Counted from the first letter of the stretch, positions 1-12,800 are shown. The stretch: DNA of 64,000 bases from Leucoraja ocellata (GCA_036785375.1 JAWMAR010000030.1:1240001-1304000), one strand, 5' to 3'. Notes: a model not told the origin generated them from the letters alone. Program-made: numbers and translations.

Positions 1-758
1 TTGCAAATTACTAGCTCAGCCTGATCAACATCCCAGGTTGATATGGAGACAGTACTCACCTGTTTGCTTTTCTTTGAATAGTATTACCGACATCAATGCT
101 TTTCAATATCTTCATATAGTATAGTTTTAGTATATATCTCACTACTTTAGCACAACAGATGCACATTCAAAAAGCTGAAATAATTTATAGTTTCTGACCT
201 TGCAATGCTATTCCTTTAAATAACAAATGATTTAGATTGCATATCCATTATGCAGAGTGCCTAGCAATCAGACTTGCTTTTTCCTCGTACCAAGTTTAAA
301 TGTGGTTTACGACTGTACATAACTGCCCCAGGAATAATACACTGCTTATAAAGGAAGCCTGACATCTTTAACAAGTTAATTGTGTGCAGTTTCTGCAATG
401 TCGCTCTAAATTTCTGTCACACTCTTCAGGTAAATTAGCAGGTGACAAAATGCAAAATGAACAATGGAACCATGTAAACACAATTTTAGCACTGCAACAT
501 TAAAATAAAATCCCGATAATCAATAAAACTGCCTTTATCTTCTCTAACCACCTGTTCTAATTGTAATAGAAACATTTATAAAATGTCCATAAAGCATAAG
601 AGCATGCTGAGAAAGCCCCGGGATAGCATTTAAAGGTCACTGTTGAGTTCCCTGCAGCCATAGATGTAAAATCCTCACCGTTATTAGCATTTATACGGCA
701 AGACCACATTACTGTTTGTACTTTCACAATTATCCATGGACATTAGGTAATTTCATAC

Positions 759-838
759 CTGATTTGCGATTGCTGTTTTCTCGGAAGTGTAGAAATCTGC
801 ATCTGCTTTAGCCTTCTCCCTGGCTAAATAAGCACGAT
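759..838 (-). CDS. ERLIN1: ERLIN1 coding exon 10
   Basis: [27 protein letters not shown]; 80 nt; TAG/GT. Confidence 0.94.
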
Positions 839-3800
839 CTACATGCAATACAAAATGATTAAATCCACTCGTGCTAAACATGCCATTGAGTTGTCAGTTC
901 TCAGTACCGACACTGAAAATGATTCCTTTTAAATGAATGGAATGAATTTGAGAGGCAGATTGCAACATTCTGTCGCCACTATATACTGTATCAATGATAC
1001 CACTGGGAATGAATTGATTCATTAATTCATTAAACATTGATTCACCAATGCACAACACAAATGGATTCATTTTATTCGGCTGCTTAATAACTTAAAACAG
1101 TCAGTCTCTCTTTGGGGTTTAGTTTTGAATAAGGTGCATCATGCAAAATGTATAGTTTTAGAGCTATAGGAATTATGAACATATGTCTTAAATTCATATA
1201 ATGTTACGAAAAAATAACTAAGAATTAATATATTTATATTTTGCTTTCCCTTCTCCTATCAAGTAAAATATAAATGTTGTAATTATTCATTTTTGTAGAG
1301 TCATTAACCATTAATTTATTTTAAGAACAAAGCAGGGATTCAAAAATTATTTTTCAAATGAGCTGCAAAGAATTAAATGGTTGGAAGCTTATTGATAATT
1401 AGATTTAGCTGTCATCTTCTGAGTAAAATCAATACTTCTTATATTGGGGGTAATGTAGAGAAAATGGAGATAAAGGAAATAGTCGGAGATAAAGCAGTGG
1501 CGAACTCCAACTCATTACTGAATGGAAATCTGTATCTTGAGCTGGAATAAAATCTAATGTCCCACTTTGAGAAGGGCACTCATGCATAGGGAAGGGCTAC
1601 TGTTTTACTATGGGTGCTGAGAATCGCTAGTAAGAATAAAAAGGAAAATACTGAGGATGTGTAGTGGAAAATTGTAATCGATGAACTGGTAAGGCAAAAC
1701 AAGATGCTAATACTTGAGACATAGAATTTGTATAGACTATTGTTATTAATACTGTCCAGGGCAATGACTTTGAAAGGAACCTGGACTCTGTAAAGGAAAA
1801 ATTAAGTCCTTGAAGCAAAAAAAATGCCTTTACTTGTGGCATCCTTGTCCTACAGAATGCTGATCCTACAGAAGTTCAGGTTCACATTTATTGTCACGTA
1901 CCAATTGGTACAGTGAACTTTGAGGAACAGCAGATGCTGGTTAAAACCAAAGATAGACACGAAAAACTGGAGTAACTCAGCTAGATAGGCAGCATCTCAG
2001 GGGAGAAGGAATGGGTGACGTTTCAAGTCGAGACGTCCCCAAGTCTGACGGAACCTGACCCGAAACGTCACCAATTCCTTCTCTCCTGAGATCCCGCTGA
2101 GTTACTCCAGCTTTATGTGTCTATCCACAGAATGCTTTGCCAGATCTGCCCATTGAGTCGAGTTATTCAATAGAATTTTTTAAGTTTCTATTTTGTGATT
2201 ACCATTTAGAGAAATTGCTCTGGAATAACTAGTCATCAAGGGTCTGGTGCTCAAATCATCTGCTGGCACCCCTAATGGTTGTCGCTCATCTAGACAAGAT
2301 ACTGAAATGTGGCACTCAGGGAGATGGAAAGGTTAATAAATATTAACTAAGATGGGTGACGTAACAATTTGTGATTCATTAATAAATGGTTGGCGATCTG
2401 GTATTATGACTCGATGAGGGTTTAACAATCTCTATATCAAACTCTGAATAGAAACTTTTAATGTTTTCAAAATGCTCACCTTCAATTTCTGAAATTGTCT
2501 TCTGCGTTTCTTTTTCCATAATCTTTTGCTGGAATAGAATCTCTGCCACCTGTGCAAATTTCTCAGCCTCTGTGTACAGGGATAAAACATCTCAATTCAC
2601 AACCGCGCAAAACACAAGCAGAAAAATTGAAGTTTTTCTTTAACAGGCACAAAATGGTGGAGTAGGTAATTGGCCAGCAGCTCAGTGGGTCAGGCAGCAT
2701 CTCTGGAGAACATGGACAGGCAACGTTCAGGTTTAGAACTCTTATTTCTTCTTTGTATCCTTGTGTCTATGGTTAACACTCCTACCACTTTCCTCATGAC
2801 GCTATAACATCACATAGTATGTGTTAAATGTATGCTTTAGTGTTCTTTAGTTTGTTTTATGTGGAGTGTGGGGGTTGGGGTAAACTTTTTTTAATCTCTT
2901 ATTTTGACGGAGATGCGATATCTTTTCCATATCGTATCTCCGTCTGCACTGCGGCCTAACATCGAGGAGTTGGCGGCCTATGCTGGAGATCGACTTTAAC
3001 TTCGGACTTTAACTTCGTGGAGCTTGCGTGCCCTGTTTAGAGACCGACTTCGGGAGCTCCAAGCTGCAGGAGTTTCGTCCGCCCCAAGGCGGGAGCTTCG
3101 ACCGGCAACTGCGGGAGATGCAATAGCCCGACTGCGGATGGTTCGACTGCTCCCACCACATGAGAATGAAAAGGGAAGATTAGACTTTATTGCCTTCCAT
3201 CATAGAGGACTGTGGGGAATCAGCTGTGGTGGATGTTTATGTTAACGTTTATGTACTTGTGTGTTTTGTAGCTTTTTTTTAAGTATGGCTGTATGGTAAT
3301 TTGAACATCACTGTAACTTAATTGGTACACGTGACAATAAAAGACCATTGAAATTACCTAAAAATTTCACAACTCAATAAAAGTAGCATCTCTGAAAAGA
3401 TGAGGGGCTGGACATGCTTCAATGCAATTTTGCACCCGAATCAAAGTCAAGTAAAGGCATAATTATGGTTTTCAATTGGAATTTAGATAGAATTCACTCT
3501 CACAACGTCAACCATTTTGCTGCATGAGAACTTTCTAAACCTGTACCTTTTGCATCACAAGTACTTAACAACATTGACTATATTTTTGTGAATATTTCAG
3601 GTTCACAGAATGGTGGCATAACAGGGTTTCCAGTTATTTACTGCATCACTCTGTCTGTGAGCCTTCTTTTAAAAGGAATAAATTCGACACTTCTCCAGCA
3701 CATGAAAGTCTTACAATTATAAGCAGATCTTTTCAATTCTTTGTTTAGTGCAAATTATGCACTAAAAGGTTCAGAAGTCATGGGAACAGAATTAAGGGCC

Positions 3801-6800
3801 TGTCCCACTTTCACGACCTAATTCACGACCTCTGCTGAGTTTGCCCTTGACTCGTACTCGCAGCATGGTCGTCACGAGATCGTAGGTAGGTCGTGATGCT
3901 AGTCGTAGGTACTCGTGGCATCAAGTAGGTCGGGTGTTTTTTCAACAAGATGAAAAATGTCCACGAGTAAAATAGGTTGTGAATTAGAAACTGGCCCTTT
4001 AGGCCATTCGACGCATCGAGTCCATTCTGCCATTCAATCATGCTGATCTGTCTTTCCCACTCAACCCCATTCTCCTGCCTTCTCCCCAAAATAAGACGAG
4101 AAATAGACTTAATGTTTGAGGTCAGAGACACACTCAGAATCTGCAGTGTTTTTGTTTTTCACTTACTGGGAAAAACATCCTGGTTCTATACAATCACTGG
4201 ATCATGAGATGTCTCCCAAGTTTAACAACACATCCAAAAGATTGCACATTTAATGCAGCACTCTAAAAGTACACTATTTGTGTGCTGAAGTCTCTTGAGT
4301 GTGATGTGAACCTGCAGTAACTAACTCATCACTGTTCTACTATCTAGGCAGTAAAATGTCATGCTTTGAAATTAATTGTGTTCAATCTTCACAGATCATA
4401 ACTTCAGTGCCTCAGCTTGTAATTAAATCATTTAAGGGACTGAAATAATTCACTAGAGCAAACACAGACACCAAGCACTTTTTGCTGGACTCATGTTCGT
4501 GCAAAAGTAAACCAACACATCTGGGAAAGAGCCAAAGAATTCAGTCGAACTACAATTACTCATTTGTGCCTTTAGGGCGTGGGAGGTCAAACTGAAATAA
4601 AACCATAAAAGGCTGGAAACAGCAACATCTGTGGACAGAGGTTGGGGTTAAAGGTTCAGGTCAATTATTATTCTTTATAAGAAAAATTTGTAAAGAAGGC
4701 ATATTTAAACTGGTAAGATAACCTTTAGAATGGAAAGAACATGGAATATGTGTGATAGTGCAGATACTGAGATAAGGCAGACAGCACAGACTGATGTTAA
4801 CCAGCTGAGTGGATTGAAGGCTTAGCTGGGGAGGATTAAATAGACGGAGGGGAAACAAAAAGAGAAAATAAGCCTGCTGGAACTGTGCGAAACGGAGCAC
4901 AATAATTGTAGGAAATCCGGAATAAAGGCGAATGCTGGGATAGCTCAGGAAGTCCAGCGGTGTCTGTGGAGTGAGAAAAATCTAGTTACAGAGATTGAAA
5001 AGCAAAAATAAAGAGGCAAATGCTGGAAATCTGAATCAGAAGAAACCCTCAGAAGATCAGGCAGCATCCGTGGAGAGGAAAGCAGAGCTTCCTCTCGTTT
5101 TCTTTCTGTTTCAGCCTCTACAACCCTTTGCCGCTGTTCAGAAACGGTTAAGGCCAACCACCCTTCAGCAGGTCATTAACGGTATATTCTGTTCATCTTC
5201 TTGCTGGGATTCCCTGCTTCGACATCACCGTGGGTGGCGCAGCGGTAGAGTTGCTGCCCTACAGTTCTTGCAGCGCCGGAGACCCGGGTTTGATCCCCAC
5301 TATGGGTGCTGTCTGTACGGAGTTTGTACGTTCTCCCCGTGACCGTGTGGGTTTTCTCTGAGATCTTCGGTTTCCTCCCACACTCCAAAGCCATACAGGT
5401 TCAAGATTTAAGATAGTTTATTGACATGTGTTCCAGATAGGACAATGAAATTCTTGCTTTGCTTCAGCACAACAGAATATAGAAGGCATGAATACAGAAC
5501 AGACCAGTGTGACCTTATCTATCTATTTATATTACTAAAACTCTATTCTTGACCGGTTTTGGCGATCTGTGCTGCGATTTCCGAGAGAACGCCGCCACCT
5601 ACTGCCGTCATTTTTGGCCACCCCCCTCCGCCGCATGTGTGCCGAGGATTTTTCCCGTCGATTAAATATGACAGAGATATTAATGATTTTACAACATTCT
5701 CCATTCTCTCTGCTGCCCCCGCTGGCAGCAGGGGGGAGGGACTACCCCTCCCTGCTCCCCACCCTTCATCTCACCCCCCTCTGAGCACTCCCTCTCTCTC
5801 CCCCCTCTCCCACTCTCCCCCCCTCTTCCCCTCTCCCCCCCCGCCCTCCTCTCTCTCTCCCCCCCCCCTCCTCCCCTCCATTAGCGCGAGTGCGGGAGGG
5901 GGGGTAGTTAGTGTGTGATGCTGCATGCCGCACCCCCCCCCACAACCGCACGTTGGGGGAACAGACCTAACGGGTCTGCACTTGGTCTAGTACCATTATA
6001 TAAATATATACACACATGAATAAATAAAACAGATAAAAGTGCAAAGGTTAATTGGCTTGGTAAAAGTTTGCAGGTTAATTGGCTTGGTAAATGTTTTAAA
6101 AAATTGTCCCGAGAGTGTGTACGTTGGTGCTAATATGCGGGGAACCCTGGTCGGCGTGGACACGGTGGGCCGAAGTGCCTATTTAGCTTTGTATCTCTCT
6201 ACTAAACTGAACTAAACATCTGGCCAGAACGGAAGGATACTGAGACGCAGACGCGTTGCTGTTCCTCAAGTTTATGCTCAGCTTTGTTGAAACAGCGTGA
6301 CTGATGCCTTTCACTTAACTAATAGCTTTGCCACGTCACAAAGAAACTTTAAAGACAGCACATTTCCCTTTTCTCTAATCTGTCTCCATCTCGGGAGACA
6401 AATTAACCACAGTCCTTGCTCAGCAGCATTAATTGCTGGGCCACACACTGCCGCTCCTTTCTGGATGGTGCAGTTCCCAGGGACTGTAGAAAAATATACC
6501 ACACTGCATCGTGCAGTGTCAGCAACTTACCTAAATGTCTGCAAAATATTTAAAGTTAAATTCTGAACTCAAGGATTTTCTCTTAGGGGAACACGTACCA
6601 ATAATAGCTCGTTTTCTTTCTGTCTCAGCCTCTTGCTCTACAACTTTTTGCCTCTGTGCAGAAATCAGCAACTTTGTCTTCTCTCCCTCCCTAAAATAAA
6701 AACAAATTGTAAGGTAGAAAGAAAAAAAAAGACATCCACCAGTAAACTACAATGTTTGTTGCAATAATTACCTTGCATGTGGCAACAATTTAAATGTGGA

Positions 6801-9800
6801 CAATATCTGTACTCTAGACAGACAACAGGTCCAAAATGACAGACAATGACCCCTCATATTAACAGACCTCTTTATAACATTATTTCATGGAATGACCATT
6901 AGGTGGATGGAGTGAATTGTGTTTTTGACACATTTTAGCTTAGTTTAGTTTAGAGATAGACTCTGGCCAAATCCGTGCCAACCAACAATCACCCATACAC
7001 TAGTTCTACCCCACACAATGAATTGTCTCTAGTGTGTAAGGTAGAACTAGTGTATGGGTGATCGCTGGTCGGTAGTTCTATCTTACACACCAGTGCCAAT
7101 TGACAGTGTTTGGATAGAACTAGCCCAGTGGGTCTATCTTCCCTCCCACATTGCAAAGACATTGAGACAGTGTAGGTTTCCCCTGGGCACCATGGCCGCA
7201 CCGCCCCCTCCCCCTCCCCCCCCCCCCCCCCCTCCGCAAAGATGTGTAGTACAAATGGTTTCTACGAAATGTGTGAACCGCCACCCCACAGCTCCAAAGA
7301 CTTTGCGACCGGCTTCCCTGCCAGGGAACCCTGACACACCAGCTCCACCCCACACACCACTGTGTGTAGGATAGAACCGGTGCACCGGAGCAGCTGGAGG
7401 AAACCATGCCACAGGGAGCACCCGAGGCCAGGATCGAACTCGGGCTCCGGCATCAAGAAGCAGCGGCTACAACAGCGACACACACAACCCACAGGAGCCA
7501 ACATGCATGTCTCTGCATCGCTGGAGGAAACCGGAGCACCCGGATGAAACACACACTGCCACAGAGAGCACCCGAGGTTAGGATTGAACTTGGGTCTCTG
7601 GTCCTGGAAGGTAGCAACTTTACTGCAGCGCCACTATGCCATCCCAAAGTATTGTGTATTTGTTGTCCCTTACTGTTTAGAGTATATTTATTGGCTGCTT
7701 TTCCACATATTAACCCCGTATTTGGTTATAGCGGACAATCAGTAATAACAGACAACCCAGTGGGGTTTGTGTATCAACACACACATTTTACTCTCTGTTA
7801 AGAGATTAAGTGGAATGAAATGATTTGTTTTATATTTAATCTGCACATTTTCAAAACCTGCAACATTTCGCTGACAGAATTTCTTACAAGTGATAAACAA
7901 CCAGATTAAATACACTAATTACATTGTTGGTGAAAGATTATCTTATCTAGGCTACTTGTATTAGGTGCAGTCAGTAAATTTTGCTTAACCCAAATAGCAG
8001 CAGTTGCAGTTTCTCCTGAGCTATTTAATTAAAATGTGGTGCAAGCTATTGCCAAAAAGTGTGAAGATTGAAGTGAAAAAGATTCTGTAACAATAATTAG
8101 ATGGAAAGTTTTAAGTTGAGCTCGAAGACGACAAGATCTTCAAAACATTTCAATCTGTTGCAGGGAGCACATTCATTTTGTCATTAATAAATGACATGGT
8201 GTTGGGATTTCTAATCTAAAATAGTCAAATTCTGCTGAATAAAATTTGAGACACATATGCCAATTAATATTTGACAACTACAGGTGGTAATATACCAATT
8301 TGCAAAGCAAAAAACTTACATGAGTTCAAAATTCCTTCTAATTGCCTCTGGTATTTTAGGTTTAGTAACTCGAACTGCCTGTTGACGCAATGACAAGGAA
8401 GTTAAATTTAAGAGATTTGCATATAGTTCAAATAGAATCTAAAATTCCCCAAGACTTTGCTTTGCTCAAAGTGTAAAACCCTGCAAAAGTTGTCTTACAT
8501 AAAACATTAAGTAAGTAAGTAAATTTTATATATATAGAACGTTTAAATCAACTCGCGTTGAAACCAAAGTGCTTTACATAAAAGAAATAATTAAGTTTCC
8601 GTATATCCATAGAAAAAATTAAAAATAAGAAAAAATGACACAACACATTATAGAATTCAACATGAACGTCCCCCCACAACAAAATCACAACTAGTCATTT
8701 AGTTGCACGACTCAATATATTTTACCTACTTTACTGCTCTGCCCCCCCCCCCTCCCCTTCCCCACCCCCTCCAATCTTAACTCCAATATTTAGCTATAAA
8801 CTGTGGAAACAAGAACCATCAAGTTCAACTGGATTTTATTTGTAGTACAGTATTAGAAAAGTCTAATTAAGAAATTTGCTTTGCTTAATAAAAATGAATG
8901 GATGCTACACAGTTTACCAGTATATGCAAAATGCACATCAATACATCAAGAAATGGAATGTCAAAGGTTTATCATTTACCTGTATTCTAATACCAGGTGC
9001 CATAACAATCAAGTCTTTTTGTAAAGCCAACTTCAGGTTTTCATCGATTTGATCTGAAGCACAGCAAACCCACATTTATGACTGGCAATATTAGAATATG
9101 TCAAACTGCACTATAATAAACATTACACATACAAGTTTTATTTGCCAACATCTCAAATAAACGTGGTATATTTAATTCTAAAATTTAGGACATCACATAA
9201 TTCGATATTTCAATTTTTTCTTTTAAATAACCTATCAAACTGATTCTTTACCTGGCAAGAGAAATTGACAATTTTTTTTCATTGGCAGTTTTTATTATTT
9301 CAGTTGACTGAAAATTTTTGGTTTGTCAACATTTCTTTTTAAACCAAGCGAGCATATATGTCTTCACCAACAGTATAAGAAGCTTAGGCAAACCTCACCA
9401 AAGTATTCGATGTAAACTTCCTGTAGGGTGTGCACACTGCAAAACTGGTTCAGTTCATGATGAATTTTGTTGAAAATCAAAGCCCTGTCATAATCAGCTG
9501 TGTAGTTCTTTGCAATATCATACACTGAGGAGAAAAAAAAGACAATTTCACATGTGGCCAGCATGTCCTGATTTTGCATCCAGATTATTAGTGTTAACAT
9601 TCTTCATTTTCATGTGTTTTATGGTATTTCTGAATGTTTCTAAATACAGTAAAATTCACAATAATCTGGAACACTTGGGACTTTGGACATGCAAGATTGG
9701 CAGACTTTCTGGATTATTGAATTCTATTAAACTCATTTGGACTCACTTCAAGGGCATTTGGACAAGTACTTGGCCGGTGTAACTCAGCAGGTTAGGCAGC

Positions 9801-12800
9801 ATTCCTGGAGAAAATGGGTAGATCATGTTTCGGGTTGAGACCCTTCTTCAGACTTCCTTAGTTCAAGCAATGTAGACAACACAATATCAGGGACACCATA
9901 AAAAGGGGCACTGGGTGAAAAGGGGGCAAGTGAATTGCTGCTCCACTTGGAAGGAGCTTTTAAGGACCTAGAGAGTGGCAGGAGCCAAATAGTAAGTATT
10001 TCATCTTTTGTGGGGCATGGAGGGGATTTGGATGAAGCATCTTGATTGCCTGAACCAGTTGGGCCGAAGGGCCCGTTTCCGTGATGTACGTCTCTGTCAT
10101 TAATATAATTTGGGATCAGGTACTAATCTATGTGCCGCCCCGCTATTTACCATGATAACTTGAAGAAAAGATCGTTAATAGGTTATTCCTTACCTTTCAG
10201 ATATTAATCGTACATATTCTTTTGTTCAGTAATAGTTCACTAAAAAACTAAATTACAATGCCACAGATACCATTTGTTAAAAATTGTAGCAAATCCCAAT
10301 TACTTTGATACAAAGCTGCATGAAAATATGGAATGTTGGATCTAACAATGAATCTGCCTGAACTACTGAGGAGATGACCAAAGTAGTCCACTTTGTGTGG
10401 ATAAAAGAAAAAATGATTTTCTAAGCAAACAAATCCAAAAGAGAAACCACTGATTGAAGTTTAAACTCATAAAATTGTTGTCCCGGTTAGGAAACTGTAT
10501 GACCAGAAAGTGTCGGGTAGTAAAGATAACAAATACACAAGCCATATTAAATTGCTGCTACTGTTGTCTAAATTAATAACTTGGAAGGTGGGACTGAAAG
10601 CCTTATATAAGACTATGCCAATGAAAGTAAGACATGCTAAAATAGGAAACACTTTACAGATTGGCAAAAATAATAAAAACAGAAGTTGGGACTCGCATAA
10701 ATAATTAAAATAGCACGAACATACAGAACATTATCAAAAAGGCCCATGCAATGCTGTAATTATCACATGATCAGATTACAGGGTGACAAAAGGCAAGGTC
10801 CTGCTTATCTTGGAGTTCCAGGAGTCATTCTGAGCAATACACCTTAGAAAGGAAATATGGAATGGAATACTTTATTGTCACATGTGAAATTCTTTGCTTG
10901 CATACCCAAGGTATGCAAATACCAGCTTTAGAGTAGGTGCAGTGTAAATATAACCCAATTCAACAGACTCCAAGCTTAAATTACAAGGCGACAAAAAAAG
11001 GGCTGAAGTCTGTAATGTAGAAGGTGAAGGAACGTTTTAATAGCAACTTGGTTGTATTGTAGACAAAGATAAACTATTTCTGCTGGTTAGAGTGTCCAGG
11101 ACTAAGGGTGGATTAAGTTGAAGTTTAATTTTTACAAACAGTAATTGATGCACGGTTAAAAGTTAACTTTATGTCCGAGATTGATAGATTCTTGACCAAC
11201 ATTAAAAGATGTGGGGGAAAAGGCAGGAATATAGAGTTATATCTGCCTTAATCTCCCTGATTGGGAGGTCAGGCATACGGGGTCAAATGGCCCACCTGAT
11301 AATATCTTCCTGTGTTTTATGCAGTTCAAAATATTACTAGCTACATTTAGCAGGACTCGAAATTATTGGTTGCCCAGGTGCCAATGGCCACCTAAAGTCC
11401 CGTCGGGCAACCTAAAAGCCGTGCCATTTTGCCCGGCTTGGCAAGCACCCGGGACACCTGCCATTCAACTCTGAATGGGCCCCCCTCTCTATCTCTCTCT
11501 GTCACTCTCCGTCTCCGCTCGCCATCCGTGTCCGGGCCTCCGGGCTCCGCTCTATGATTTTTGGCTGGGTCTCGGGTCTCCGCTCTACAGCCGCTCCTTA
11601 TCCGCTGGCACAGCTGGCTGCCTTGCTCATCCTCCCCCTGCACCACGGCCAGCACAACATTGGCCGCCCTGCCCATGCGCACTGCCACGGCAACTGGTCG
11701 GCGCCGGGCACTTTCTCCCTCCCTTTGCATTGTGGGATATCTGGCTGCCTCGCCGCAACCGCTGAAAAAACAACGCAGAATCACTCCCTGGAGCTGGAGT
11801 AACTCCCTGGAGTAATTCTTGCTTCAGAAGTTAATTTCTTAAGCAGCAAGATGAAACAGGAAGTTGGGCTGATTTTAGTATTTTACAAAACAAATCCGTA
11901 CATCCGTATTCTGATCGCATTTCCATACAAAATACGGAAAATCCGTACTACTTGGCAGCTCTGCTAATTAATCAATTGCTTGACTTCAAACTGGATGCAA
12001 TTTAAATGGCTTAGCCTAAAATGTTTCCAATGGATGTGAATGAGATGTCTCGATCAACTGGTAACAAGCTGACCGAGACTTACGTGCTTGAACAAGTTAT
12101 AGAAATGCAACAAAACCACCAAAATCATTAAATGGTTGAACCTTGTAGGTGTGGCACGAGGTCAATGCGCATATGGTAAAAATACACACCAGAAAAGAAA
12201 CTTGAAGCTCGGAGGCTAAATACAGGGAGTCACAAGTTATATCATCTTGCTGATTTCTTCTTGGAAAAGTGCTTGGACAAAAATCTGTAGACCAACAATT
12301 AATACAATACAGTAGTTTAACTATGTACCATTCCTTTTGCAAAGTGACATTTCATGGCAACCTTCGCTTAAATCCAAAATACGGTTCAAAGGCACAAATG
12401 TTAGTAGTCTTATTAAAAGTAAGGATTTTGGGAAGGAAAAAAAAAACAGCTGTATAAATATCACATCACTAATGGAGTAGCAGTGAGAAGAAATTTGCTG
12501 ATTGAAATAAGAAACCAGTGCTGCACTCAAGTTAAATAGAGGCAAGAATTTTGATGGGGACAATCTTTCACTTAACGGGCTGTCGTGGCAATCATTGTAT
12601 GTCATGCATTAAATATTTTGTATGGTTAAAATTACAAGCACTGTACGTCCTATATTGTCAGTGCTTCAAAAACTCCAAGTAAGAACCAAGTCAGATAAGA
12701 AGTTAGTAACTTCCAAAACATGCAGTTTGCTACCATTTCAAGTCAGGGAATAATTAAAATGTTCTCTTTCTCTCAAGAAACCTTTTGAGATGAGGACAAA

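Noticed and set aside
4945-5157. ORF with erlin-like EAETERKR as a second gene or alternative exon
   Set aside because: Only 51 nt are homologous, there are no matching splice sites, and the rest is repeat sequence. Reported as a decayed copy instead.
11392-11815. Overlapping ORFs and CpG island-like composition
   Set aside because: They lie inside a transposon-like block, and GC richness explains the lack of stops.
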